Notes under the pieces: model-generated
The model's database searches: none
Told to the model about the DNA's origin: nothing
Seen by the model: the letters and a program-made list of their open reading frames with translations, nothing else
From: a virus
Lineage: Duplodnaviria; Caudoviricetes
Virus record (IMG/VR): IMGVR_UViG_3300045240_000178
Span: 1 to 53,592 of that record
Reading direction: 5' to 3' (one strand)
DNA length: 53,592 nt
Translations under genes and position numbers: made by a program
In this document: positions 34,804-43,740 of the stretch, one piece after another
Position numbering within the stretch: position 1 is the first letter of the stretch
Layout of the letters: every line of letters starts with the position of its first letter

Positions 34804-35016
34804 CTAGCCCGATGAAGCCTTACGCGCCGGGCGCGCGTTCCCCTCGGGCCACGAGGGAATCTCTGAAACTTTATTAACGGATCTCGCTAGGAAGGCCGGC
34901 GTGCAATAGCGATCCTCCCCAGATTCCGGATCGAATACAGGCACCAGTTCGCCCTTGCGCACCAGCTCGTTGAGCGCGGCGCGCAGATCGCGGTTGTCGT
35001 CGTCGCGATGGGTCAT
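34804..35016 (-). CDS. Hypothetical protein, 70 aa
   Basis: ATGA coupling. Confidence 0.6.
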   Translation of the reverse strand: MTHRDDDNRDLRAALNELVRKGELVPVFDPESGEDRYCTPAFLARSVNKVSEIPSWPEGNARPARKASSG

Positions 35017-35327
35017 GCGTCCACTTCTCCGTCATCCGCCGCGCGCCGGCTCGCGTAGAAATCAAGAAAAGCGACGTACCATCCGCGCCGTTTCACCAAG
35101 TCCCACCAGACCTTGGTAACGAACCATCCGACCACAAACGCCCATCCGCCGATTCCGATGAGCAGCGCGCTGTAACACAGCACGGTCAGCACCCACCCGG
35201 GAACCCACAGACCCCTGGCGGCCACACGGAAAAGCGGGAAGGCACAACCCGCGAGATAGCCCGCCGCAAAGAACAGCACTACAACCGTTCTCAAAGCCCC
35301 GACGTTGAATTCGCGCTTGCGGGTCAT
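35013..35327 (-). CDS. Membrane protein, 104 aa
   Basis: Two to three hydrophobic segments; ATGA coupling. Confidence 0.65.
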   Translation of the reverse strand: MTRKREFNVGALRTVVVLFFAAGYLAGCAFPLFRVAARGLWVPGWVLTVLCYSALLIGIGGWAFVVGWFVTKVWWDLVKRRGWYVAFLDFYASRRAADDGEVDA

Positions 35328-35515
35328 GATTCCTCGCGGCGGCACAACGCCTCGAATCGCACGGCCCACTCCAGTGCATCGGTGGGCAGCTTCTCCATCG
35401 CCTGGGCGATCTCCTCGCGCGTGGCGTGGTTGATGCGCCAGGCGAACTCCTCCACTGACATGCCGGCTTCGGCTGCCTGCCGTCTAATCGCGGCTGCGCA
35501 TTCCTGGGGCGTCAT
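35324..35515 (-). CDS. Hypothetical protein, 63 aa
   Basis: ATGA coupling. Confidence 0.6.
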   Translation of the reverse strand: MTPQECAAAIRRQAAEAGMSVEEFAWRINHATREEIAQAMEKLPTDALEWAVRFEALCRREES

Positions 35516-35727
35516 GCGGCCCTCGGCGGCAAGGGAGCGTCGTCATTCAGGCTCAGAGCCACCTTGATCCAATCCACCTTCGCGGCGGGGACCAGATAGC
35601 GCGTGTAGCGGTAGGTCTTCGAGACTTGCGCCTGGAAGGGAATCTCCCACTGGGCGAGAAAGCTTTCGATTTCTCGCCGCTTGTCCGCTCCGTCCTCGTT
35701 CACGTCGATCAGCTTGCGCCAGCTCAT
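35512..35727 (-). CDS. Small alpha/beta protein, 71 aa (possible paralog of the upstream gene)
   Basis: MSWRKLIDV...; ATGA coupling. Confidence 0.65.
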   Translation of the reverse strand: MSWRKLIDVNEDGADKRREIESFLAQWEIPFQAQVSKTYRYTRYLVPAAKVDWIKVALSLNDDAPLPPRAA

Positions 35728-35966
35728 GCGGCACCTCGCTCTTGCAGATCCTTGATCGCAGGCAACACAGATTGCGCGCAGCACAGATCGCGTCCATTGA
35801 CGAAGTAGCGCCAGAACTCGTGCCCATCGAATTTATCGGTGTAGCTGTGTACCTGCCATGAGATCGAGTGGTGCAGCAGGAACGCTTGCAGCGCGTCGTG
35901 GATCGGCGCGGCCTGGGATAGCGTGCCGTGTACGTCTACGAGCTTGCGGAGGCCAGAGCGGGGCAT
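35724..35966 (-). CDS. Small alpha/beta protein, 80 aa
   Basis: MPRSGLRKLVDV...; AGGAGG RBS. Confidence 0.65.
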   Translation of the reverse strand: MPRSGLRKLVDVHGTLSQAAPIHDALQAFLLHHSISWQVHSYTDKFDGHEFWRYFVNGRDLCCAQSVLPAIKDLQERGAA

Positions 35967-36208
35967 CACGAGCCTCCTTTGGCTGTCCGCGCAGGGAACG
36001 TGCCGGGCGCGGCGCCGGACCTGGCCGTCAGTAGGTGCTCGAACACCTGGAAGGCTTCGTCGTCGTCGAGACATCCGAGGAGGCACAAGATCACCGACTT
36101 TGCGGTACGGGGAGTCGTCTCGGCCGCGTCGAGCAGCACCGCATTGAGCACCTCGCGCCACACCCGGATTGGCGGATGTTCGACCGGCGGTTTGCCTCGG
36201 CGTGCCAT
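35966..36208 (-). CDS. Hypothetical protein, 80 aa
   Basis: Packed in the operon. Confidence 0.6.
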   Translation of the reverse strand: MARRGKPPVEHPPIRVWREVLNAVLLDAAETTPRTAKSVILCLLGCLDDDEAFQVFEHLLTARSGAAPGTFPARTAKGGS

Positions 36209-36676
36209 TCAGGATGCCTCCGGCGCGCGGCTATAAACCTGTTCGCAGAACGCGAGGATTCGTTCGGCGCTCTTGTGCTCGCCGTCCCATTCACCCCGGT
36301 AGATCGGGCCTTCGCCATGTGCGGCCGCATGGAACGAGACTTGTCCGGTTGGAAGATCGACGTACAAAACCCAGTCGTGATACTGCTGCGCCGGGTCCCG
36401 CTTCCATCCCCAGGCGATCCCGAGTGCGGGCGCCTCGTTCATCAGCACGCGGCACAGATTCTGCATCGACCAGTTCTTTCGGTCGTAGGCGAGCCCTTTA
36501 TACGAGCCTTGGCCGCGAATGCCGCCGCGGTATACCTTGGCCCGTGCAGAGCACTTTTGCGCGCGGAACAGATTGACGCACACGATCCCGATCGGGCCGC
36601 GCTGCTCCAATTCCGAGTAGTAGTCTCGGGTCAGATCGCCGTCGGATCCGTTGTAAACCTCGACCGCCGTCGGCAT
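36209..36676 (-). CDS. Phage protein with LPTGQVSFH...WDG motif (WDGH-like), 155 aa
   Basis: WVLYVDLPTGQVSFH and GEWDGEH motifs. Confidence 0.7.
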   Translation of the reverse strand: MPTAVEVYNGSDGDLTRDYYSELEQRGPIGIVCVNLFRAQKCSARAKVYRGGIRGQGSYKGLAYDRKNWSMQNLCRVLMNEAPALGIAWGWKRDPAQQYHDWVLYVDLPTGQVSFHAAAHGEGPIYRGEWDGEHKSAERILAFCEQVYSRAPEAS

Positions 36677-36909
36677 CAGGAGGCCTCCGATTCTGAGCGG
36701 CTCAGCGTGAACTCTTTGGTGTTCGGCGTCTCCTTGGTGAGCGTGGCGGTATATCCGCGGGCCTTGAATTCTTTTACGGCGCCATCGATCGAGATACCGT
36801 TCTTGGCGAGTGCGAGCACGATGTCCTTGAGTTCAACACCCTCGGTGTCGGATTCCGCCGAGAAGCGCAGCAAGACGCTGTTTCGTTTCTTCGTAAGCCG
36901 GATCTTCAC
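36676..36909 (-). CDS. Hypothetical protein, 77 aa
   Basis: GGAGG RBS, overlapping start/stop. Confidence 0.6.
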   Translation of the reverse strand: MKIRLTKKRNSVLLRFSAESDTEGVELKDIVLALAKNGISIDGAVKEFKARGYTATLTKETPNTKEFTLSRSESEAS

Positions 36910-37172
36910 GAATCCTCCCCTGCAGCGAGCAGCTTGCCGTCGCGCGGCACCGCGGGCTTCTCAGGCAACACGCACTCGCGGTGCGCCAGCAGCCAGCCGT
37001 TGGCGGCCGCGTCGATGCGCTCGGCGATCGGCTTGCTCAGCCTCGGCGCGATCCCTTCCCAGTAGATATCGCGGCCGTTGGCGGTGGCGAAGTGCGCGAG
37101 GATGTCCTGCGCCAGGCGCCCGGGAACCCCATGATCGCCGAGGTGGCGCAGAGCCAATTTGAGAATGGTCAT
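36906..37172 (-). CDS. Hypothetical protein, 88 aa
   Basis: ATGA coupling. Confidence 0.6.
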   Translation of the reverse strand: MTILKLALRHLGDHGVPGRLAQDILAHFATANGRDIYWEGIAPRLSKPIAERIDAAANGWLLAHRECVLPEKPAVPRDGKLLAAGEDS

Positions 37173-37360
37173 CGGTTGCTCCAGGCGCCGAAAACGAGGA
37201 GCGCGAAGAACACCACGATCGCGGCCAGGAAGCCGAAAATGAGGGAGTAGCTCCAGGAGTAGGCGAGGCCGCCGGCGCCGCCGGCCAGCCCCAGGAACAC
37301 GAACTCGCGCGTGCAGCCGGAGCGTTGTTCACGGGGCGGGGTATAGTCGCGGTGCATCAT
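37169..37360 (-). CDS. Small two-TM membrane protein, 63 aa
   Basis: Hydrophobic segments; ATGA coupling. Confidence 0.6.
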   Translation of the reverse strand: MMHRDYTPPREQRSGCTREFVFLGLAGGAGGLAYSWSYSLIFGFLAAIVVFFALLVFGAWSNR

Positions 37361-37941
37361 GCCATCCCCGTCCTTTCCAGTTGCTCACGCTTGCGGCGCA
37401 TCTCGTCGGCCGCGAAGCGTGCCATCTGTGCGGGAGTCATTTGTGCCGGAGGGCGCTTGAATCCGTCGATAGGCACGGGCTTTCGCTTGACCGTGGTTTT
37501 CGCCCGTTCGGATTTCTCTCGCGCGTGAGCCCGTTCCCCGCCGTATTCGCAGTACGGCGCGCCTGGTTCGCAGTGGACGCAGCGCGCCGCCAGCAGGCCG
37601 CGAGATACCAGGCTGGCCATGTGGCGCGCGTTCTCGGCGGCGCGCTCCTCTATCGTCTGGGTATGCGGCGGCTCCGCCTTACCGAACTTCTGGCGGAACA
37701 GGGCCAGCAACGCCGTGGTGCCGCCTGCCTTATTCCAATCGCCGAAGGTATTGCGGGCCTCGCGCACCAGCTCCGTGGCTTGTTCTAGCGGAGTCCAAGG
37801 GCGGCCTCCGAAGATTCCCCCCTTGCACCACTCGCACAAATCCTGAGCGGTGCCAATGCGAGCCCCGTGGACCGGGGAGTGGCCGATTGTGCAGAGCTGG
37901 TCGGCCAGCAGCTCGGCGTCTTTCATATCGAGTTCAGCCAT
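37357..37941 (-). CDS. Hypothetical protein downstream of the putative initiator (lambda P position), 194 aa
   Basis: AGGAG RBS; overlaps the end of the 538-aa gene. Confidence 0.7.
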   Translation of the reverse strand: MAELDMKDAELLADQLCTIGHSPVHGARIGTAQDLCEWCKGGIFGGRPWTPLEQATELVREARNTFGDWNKAGGTTALLALFRQKFGKAEPPHTQTIEERAAENARHMASLVSRGLLAARCVHCEPGAPYCEYGGERAHAREKSERAKTTVKRKPVPIDGFKRPPAQMTPAQMARFAADEMRRKREQLERTGMA

Positions 37942-39550
37942 TTGCCGTTCTCCTGATCCGGATGGCACGGTCTCGCAGCGACTCTTCGGCCGTCACCGGC
38001 GTTTCCACCTGCTCGCGCGGATTCTTCCACCGTTCCCGCTGGCGCCGGAAGCTCTCGCCCTCGCACCGTTCGGGTACTACCTTCAGCAGCCAGCCGTGCG
38101 GGCTGTCTTTTTTCGCCGCCTGCTTGCCGACCGAATGAATCAATTGGGCGATTTCGGCGGGCGTGACATCGGCGGTTCCGGCTTGGCACGCGGCAACAAT
38201 CTTGCGCTGCCACGTGTCGGATATGGAGGCTCCGTACTGCGCAGCGGCGCGGCCTACCGCGTCCCAATCAGGCGCGGGCTTCGAACTGCGCGGCTGGCTG
38301 AGCGGTGTGTCGCCGGTCTCCTTCTCGAAACGCTGGTTGGCGCCTTCTATTTCGGCGGGCGCGCATCCGGTTTCCGGATCAGCCGATTCTTTGGTCGCGC
38401 CGTTCTTGGCGTGCCCGTTGACCAACGTGGCCCCTAACCCTGGCAGAGGCCTCTGCACTGCGGCGGGCTGTGCCGCTGGTGGCGCGTCTTCCGGCACGAG
38501 TAGCCCTGGGAGTGCCGCTTGCACGGCGGCGGGAGAAAGAACCGGCAGTTTGCCGGTAGCGTGGTACTCCGCTATCACGTGCGGCACGGCCGCAAGGTGG
38601 CTGCTGTACGATTCCGCGGCTTCGGCCTTCAGTTTTTCCGCCTGGACGAAATGCTCGTAGTCGGCCTTCACTGCGGGCAACTCGGCCAGCCATGCTGCCA
38701 GTTTGGGATCGGTGACACCATGGGCTCGCCCGAATTTCATGAGGAGTTGCACGGGCTTGCCCAGTTCGGGGATCGGGCCGTTGCCGTTGCCGTTGCCGTT
38801 GCCGTTCGACGTGTCGCCCGTGAAATCATCTATCGTGCGGCGGCTCAGGGCGGAGAGTTTGGCGGGGCGGGGGCGAATATGACAATAGAGGAAAGACTTA
38901 CCCGCAAGGCCCTGGCGCTGTTTCTTGCTCAACTCACTGATGGGTGTGATCAAATTTTGGGCGCGGGCTTCATCGAAGGACAGGCCCTCTGTGACCTGCA
39001 CCCACTTCTCTTTCCCATCCGCTAAGGCCCGCTTCTCAAACAGTCCGCAGAGCCGCCGTAAATCCTCCCATCCGCGCTCTTTGGTTGCCTTGTCGCGTGA
39101 CAGGAGCTTTGTCATCGTCACGGCGGTGAACACGCCGTCCTCGATTTCAATGCTCTGGATTTTTGCGCGGATGTCCGGCAAGGCGTAGCTCTTTTCTTTC
39201 CTCCTCTTTTGCTCTTCGTCGGTTAGCTCCTTGCCGCTTCTGCGGAAATCTTCGATATCCACCTCAAGCAACGCGGTGCTGATGGCGCTCGGGGTGAGAG
39301 GTACGAAGTTCGGCCGACCTCCCTTCTTAGAGGCCGCCTGCATGATGCAGAACTCACCGCCTCCACCGGGGTATCCGACCGAGTGCAGTTGGCCCAAGAT
39401 GATAATCCGGGCGCGCAAATCGAAGCCGGGCCGCATCAGCACGCCAAGCCCTTTCTTGACGGCGCATGTCCATTCAGATGGCTTGATGCCGTACTTGGCG
39501 AGATAGGCTGGAACGCCTTCTCCTGGGATTGGCAAATTTCGGCTTTTCAT
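37934..39550 (-). CDS. Putative replication initiator, 538 aa
   Basis: Large first gene of its operon with low-complexity linkers (NGNGNGNG; Pro/Ala-rich) and C-terminal SPHGWLLKVVP helical domain; function inferred. Confidence 0.45.
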   Translation of the reverse strand: MKSRNLPIPGEGVPAYLAKYGIKPSEWTCAVKKGLGVLMRPGFDLRARIIILGQLHSVGYPGGGGEFCIMQAASKKGGRPNFVPLTPSAISTALLEVDIEDFRRSGKELTDEEQKRRKEKSYALPDIRAKIQSIEIEDGVFTAVTMTKLLSRDKATKERGWEDLRRLCGLFEKRALADGKEKWVQVTEGLSFDEARAQNLITPISELSKKQRQGLAGKSFLYCHIRPRPAKLSALSRRTIDDFTGDTSNGNGNGNGNGPIPELGKPVQLLMKFGRAHGVTDPKLAAWLAELPAVKADYEHFVQAEKLKAEAAESYSSHLAAVPHVIAEYHATGKLPVLSPAAVQAALPGLLVPEDAPPAAQPAAVQRPLPGLGATLVNGHAKNGATKESADPETGCAPAEIEGANQRFEKETGDTPLSQPRSSKPAPDWDAVGRAAAQYGASISDTWQRKIVAACQAGTADVTPAEIAQLIHSVGKQAAKKDSPHGWLLKVVPERCEGESFRRQRERWKNPREQVETPVTAEESLRDRAIRIRRTANG

Positions 39551-39786
39551 AAATTTCGCCTCATGTTTTCAGCAGGTTAACTCTCCCGTGTTGGGTTTAT
39601 TCCCAACATGGACGTAGAAAAAAGATTTTCTGGCGAGTCGCCGAGAGTCGGCCCGGCTCAATTCGCGGATGGGCGTAATCAGCCGCCAATGGAACGCAGG
39701 AACGTCTACCCGCGACACCGAAACGATCTCGGCTTTTCTCCCACTACGCATAGGAGTACTCCTCTCGAAACTTTGCAAAATTGGGA

Positions 39787-39922
39787 TTGCGCCGAGGAAG
39801 GACTACGGGCAGAATGAATACAGCGGTTGTAGATACCCCTTTACCTCGACAACACCGAGTTCTCACCTCGCGCCCACGGTTTATTCTTGGCAGGATCACC
39901 GTGAACGTTCGGTGTGGATTTT
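39787..39922 (+). ncRNA. Putative promoter (TTGCGC-17-CAGAAT) and about 100-nt antisense RNA in the leader of the 538-aa gene
   Basis: -35 at 39787-92, -10 at 39810-15; nested stems acaccga/tcggtgt (39852-39915) and cacggt/accgtg followed by TTTT. Confidence 0.45.
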
Positions 39923-39948
39923 AAGGGGATCTGCAAAGCGCGGCATGG

Positions 39949-40025
39949 TATTCGTTATCGGGCCAATTTGACCGGGTAACGAACGCAACGTTTGGAACCT
40001 GCAAGTCCGGTTCCGATAACGAATA
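39949..40025. repeat. Perfect 13-bp inverted repeat TATTCGTTATCGG / CCGATAACGAATA with a third partial copy
   Basis: Arms at 39949-39961 and 40013-40025; GGGTAACGAA at 39974-39983. Confidence 0.8.
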
Positions 40026-40087
40026 GACGGTCCACTTATTGTCAACTGAGCGAGGCGCTGGCAATCCCGCTGTCCGGCAGCGCATTT

Positions 40088-40288
40088 TCATGCGCAGCCT
40101 TCCCCGCCGCAATATTTCGGTGGAGCAACAACGGGGCCTCCGGCGCGCTTGCGCCACGTCTCACCGTGGACCATTTTCCAAATCCATACTTCGGAAACGC
40201 CGTATCTCTCGGCGAGTTGTAACTTAGTGAATCGGCCTGTTGCGTAGGCGTCGCGGATGGCGCGCACCTCGCTGGGCAGTAGCTTCAA
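40088..40288 (-). CDS. Small HTH DNA-binding protein, 66 aa
   Basis: EVRAIR...KLQLAERYGVSEVWIWKMVHGETW HTH; TTGA overlap start. Confidence 0.75.
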   Translation of the reverse strand: MKLLPSEVRAIRDAYATGRFTKLQLAERYGVSEVWIWKMVHGETWRKRAGGPVVAPPKYCGGEGCA

Positions 40289-40461
40289 CTTGCCCTCTTG
40301 AGTACGACCCGGTATCCGCAAGCCTCGATCAACGCCACGGCCTTGGCGACGCGTCTCGCTTCTAACGCGGCGCGCAGAGCCTTCCGCGCCTTCTCGGTGT
40401 TGCGGACGCGGACTTCTTTCGAGACACCTTTCCATCGGGCTGTTTGGCCGGTCGCTTCCAT
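40285..40461 (-). CDS. Small basic protein, 58 aa, probably leaderless
   Basis: TTGCAA-18-TAGTCT promoter ends 7 nt before the ATG. Confidence 0.6.
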   Translation of the reverse strand: MEATGQTARWKGVSKEVRVRNTEKARKALRAALEARRVAKAVALIEACGYRVVLKRAS

Positions 40462-40527
40462 GACAACGAGACTACCCTTGTTGCCATGCGCCTTGCAAGT
40501 GAAATTTTCAATGTTCCTTTGCCAGCA

Positions 40528-40733
40528 GAACATCATGTTCCCCGCCACTAGGAACACCATGTTCCCCCGCCAGAGGAAGCGTTGAAAGGAACTTGAAAGG
40601 AACTAAGAAAGAAGCTACTGCGGCTTCCGCGCCGTTTATCAAGTTCATTCACTCATCGTCGTCGTCTTTCTCTTCGAAGTGCCCTTACTCTTCGGCCAAC
40701 GCGTAGGCAATTCCAACAGCCGACGACGACGAT
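40528..40733. repeat. Candidate replication origin / operator array
   Basis: Two GAACAYCATGTTCCCC(C)GCCA repeats, tandem TTGAAAGGAAC x2, and a 12-bp inverted repeat 40655-40666 / 40722-40733 in the divergent intergenic region. Confidence 0.5.
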
Positions 40734-40860
40734 AAAAATTCACCTTTCGAAAACAGCCCGAAAGGTACCGAGGTCAAAGTCCTCACTCCCTCAGAAAGTA
40801 CCCACCCGCCCATGCGAAATCCGGCTGAACCGCTTCGCCCTTCCGCGCGCACTACTGGTA

Positions 40861-41451
40861 TTGACCCTCCCCCAAAGAATTCACAACATCCCTCACGCCA
40901 AATTGTCGAAGCTGGAAGACAGGCCCCTCTTGACCCCGTGTGCCACCATCAGGCTCCCTAACACCTGCCCGGAGAACAAACGCAGCTACACCCACTGCCG
41001 GATCCTGACTGAAGTGCGAACCGACGCGTGGAACGGCGCCGGCTTCGAAGGCCCGCTATTCCGGCCAGGCGCAAAGATTCCACCAGAGGACCTGGGCGAG
41101 CAACCGGTGTTGCTCGAATTCGCGGGTCCACAAGGGAAGTGGCGTCCGGGGAAGCACCGCGAGAATCTCTGGATCCTCTGGCGCTACGACTGGGATCTCA
41201 AGGCGTGGCAGGAGATCGCGCGCGCCATCGCGAACGACTGGCACTGGGCGCTGATTCTCCGCGGTCCGGCGATCCGCGCACTGAAGCCCAAGGCAATCGA
41301 ACAGGTGGATCCGGCTGAACGGGGCAGGGCAGTGACCGACGAGTTGCTGCACACAATAGACGCCGCGCTGGTCACCGAACCGCCCGCCGTGCGCATGGTG
41401 GTGCTGTCCGCGCTCTACGACCGCGTGGCGGGGAGGATCGTGGCAGCGTAA
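40861..41451 (+). CDS. Trp-rich hypothetical protein, up to 196 aa (start uncertain)
   Basis: Long ORF; LWILWRYDW...WQEIAR motif. Confidence 0.7.
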   Translation: MTLPQRIHNIPHAKLSKLEDRPLLTPCATIRLPNTCPENKRSYTHCRILTEVRTDAWNGAGFEGPLFRPGAKIPPEDLGEQPVLLEFAGPQGKWRPGKHRENLWILWRYDWDLKAWQEIARAIANDWHWALILRGPAIRALKPKAIEQVDPAERGRAVTDELLHTIDAALVTEPPAVRMVVLSALYDRVAGRIVAA

Positions 41452-41459
41452 TCTGAAGC

Positions 41460-41618
41460 ATGGACCTCGGGAAGGAAGTCCGGTACAACCGGGCCAGGTC
41501 GAAAGAATCCTACGATCCATTCTTCGAGGCAAAGAAATGGCGGCGAAGATTCTTCTGGTTGCTGGCTCTGGCCGTGGTGCTGTTTGTCGTGGTGCTCGTG
41601 CTGGTGTTGCGCGCCTGA
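41460..41618 (+). CDS. Small C-terminally anchored membrane protein, 52 aa
   Basis: MDLGKEVRY...FFWLLALAVVLFVVVLVLVLRA. Confidence 0.55.
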   Translation: MDLGKEVRYNRARSKESYDPFFEAKKWRRRFFWLLALAVVLFVVVLVLVLRA

Positions 41619-42223
41619 CTCAGCGATCGGGCAGCGTCCGATCGATTACGAATCGGCCAAAGTCTTTGAGCGCATTCTTGTAGGCCTCGGTCACGGGCGC
41701 TCCAGGTTCCCCGCGCAGCAGATTCACCCGCTCCAGCAGCAATTCTTCGATTTCAGCAGTGGACATGAACGTCCAGGGGGAAGCGGGAGGCATCACCGGA
41801 ATCCTACCGCAGCGGCAATTCGCCATACCGCTGGTAACGTGTGAGATCGCGGATAGCAGCGCCGATGGCACGGGTCTGCTCGGCGCGCGGCGCCAGCAGG
41901 GTCTCAATCCGTCGCTGCAACTCATCCGCGATCGCGGCGCGCGACATGACAGACCAGTCCGGACTTTCAACTTTCGTCATCGATCCCTCCCGCAAAACTT
42001 CCCAACGATCTCCGCTTCTGATCGCGGATGAACTCCCATCGAATTCCGGCAGCGGATCGAGTGATCTTCGCAGTGCAACCACGACGCCATGCCGTAAGTG
42101 ATGCTGGCTGTCGACCCTACTGGTTTCGATGTCGAAGGGCCATCCTGATGGAGTTCCCGGCGGCAGACGCTGCAGATCGTCACGCGAGACCAGTCAACGG
42201 CAGCCGGGTCGCCACTCTTCTCA

Positions 42224-42550
42224 TCAGGCGGCGGCGAAACAGTACGCGCAAGGGCACCCGATCGCATGCGCGGTGACTTCAACCGGTCCACCATGCCATT
42301 CCAGCCTTTCTTTATTGTCCGCCCACCAGATCATCAGCTCTCCGCGGCCGCGGATCTGGATCGCCACGAAGAGTACGTGCAGGTGCCATGCCACAGTTTT
42401 GGACGAAATACACAGCGCGTCACCGATCTCTTTGTTGGTCTTCGCGGCCGCCACCAGGCGCACGACAGCCAACTCCCTCGGCGACAGCACCACCTGGAGA
42501 GCAGTGCTGGAGACTCCGTTTTTCTGCAGTTTGCTCTCGAAAAGTGTCAC
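42224..42550 (-). CDS. LuxR/NarL-type HTH transcriptional regulator with C-terminal CxCxxC
   Basis: LSPRELAVVRLVA...TNKEIG..L.ISSKTV..H signature. Confidence 0.85.
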   Translation of the reverse strand: MTLFESKLQKNGVSSTALQVVLSPRELAVVRLVAAAKTNKEIGDALCISSKTVAWHLHVLFVAIQIRGRGELMIWWADNKERLEWHGGPVEVTAHAIGCPCAYCFAAA

Positions 42551-42647
42551 AGCATGCCCAAACTACCCCATCGGGGGGGATAAAACCCATCATTCAATAG
42601 GATGTCAGAGTCCTAAAACGTACGCCATACTGAACTTAGACAGCACA

Positions 42648-43103
42648 ATGAGCACCATTCCCAATCCCCTCGATGCAGCGCAGACGGCGTTAAAGCTGGA
42701 ATTTGCCGCGCTCGATGTGTGGAAGCGGTCCGTCCAATTCAAAATCACGCGCCACGAAAAGCTGACCGAAGAGCTAAAGCCTCTGTACGACGATCTCGGC
42801 GCCGACGCTGAGACCACAGAGCAGGTCGGCGATTACGAGCTCGTCATCGGCGCGCGTTCGATGAAGAAGGACTGGAGATCGACCCGCGAAGTCTACAAAG
42901 CCGCGGGCAGCCTGGCCAAATTTTTGCAAGTCTGCACCGTCACGTTCAAAGCTCTCTCCGGCTCCATCGGCAACGATGCCGCCGAAGCGCTGCAAGTCGA
43001 GACGCAGACCGGCTCCCGCCGGATCAAAGCGTTCGCCAAGATCGCGCCCGCGATCGTCCCTTTTGTCTCCCCCTCGGTACCCGCGCTCCCAATCGCGGCC
43101 TAA
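42648..43103 (+). CDS. Hypothetical helical protein, 151 aa; first gene of the rightward arm
   Basis: Start MSTIPNPLD; divergent from the LuxR gene. Confidence 0.7.
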   Translation: MSTIPNPLDAAQTALKLEFAALDVWKRSVQFKITRHEKLTEELKPLYDDLGADAETTEQVGDYELVIGARSMKKDWRSTREVYKAAGSLAKFLQVCTVTFKALSGSIGNDAAEALQVETQTGSRRIKAFAKIAPAIVPFVSPSVPALPIAA

Positions 43104-43222
43104 TCCGGCCATAGGGCCAACGCATTTTGGAATTGCGTTCCGTCGCGCTCGAAGGGCGACGTTAAATAATCCGACTTCCAATCACCTCACAATCCAGCAC
43201 CTTTGGAACATCAGGAACCCCC

Positions 43223-43585
43223 GTGTCCACACCCATCATCAAAGCCGACCGCTTGCCGTTGTTCGACCGCAACCACGAAGTGCTCTGCTACGTCTCGAAG
43301 TGGGCAGCGCAGATCGGCCTCCGCGACGGCCGCTATATCGGCGTCGGCACCAAGAACTACACGCGCGGCCTCGTGCTGTCGGGGGAGTTCGACACCTCGA
43401 AAGTCACGCGCATCACCGATTACGTCGGGCAGTCGTACTCCCATAAGCATGTGGCAAAGGACAATCCCGAGGGCGTCTGGACGTTGAAGCGGCTGCCTGC
43501 GAAGGTGCTGCCGATCTTCCGCACCGTGGTCACGAGTTGCGTCGTTTCCCCTGCGCGCGAGTACGAAATCTTCAAAGCTGCCTGA
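43223..43585 (+). CDS. Hypothetical protein, 120 aa
   Basis: AGGA RBS with GTG start. Confidence 0.7.
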   Translation: MSTPIIKADRLPLFDRNHEVLCYVSKWAAQIGLRDGRYIGVGTKNYTRGLVLSGEFDTSKVTRITDYVGQSYSHKHVAKDNPEGVWTLKRLPAKVLPIFRTVVTSCVVSPAREYEIFKAA

Positions 43586-43600
43586 TCTTCGGCGCACCTC

Positions 43601-43740
43601 CCGTTAAAAGAAACGTCGGTTTATTTTAACGGCTGACCGCGGAGTAAAATTTTGCTCTGCTTGAGATGCCGCGCTTTACGCCGGCTCCTTGCGAGTGAAA
43701 GGGACGGAGCCCTCCAGTTCTAAGACCTGGCCGGGCTCCG
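43601..43740 (+). promoter_or_regulatory. Chain of three hairpins upstream of the lysis cassette
   Basis: Stems 43601-43632, 43639-43660 and 43705-43740. Confidence 0.45.

Noticed and set aside
38778-38806. (CCGTTG)n microsatellite as a phase-variation tract or iteron
   Set aside because: In-frame hexamer encoding an NGNGNGNG linker; length change would not shift the frame
39780-39930. tRNA or tRNA-fragment attP
   Set aside because: No T-loop GTTCRA in a cloverleaf context and no CCA end; kept only as an antisense RNA candidate
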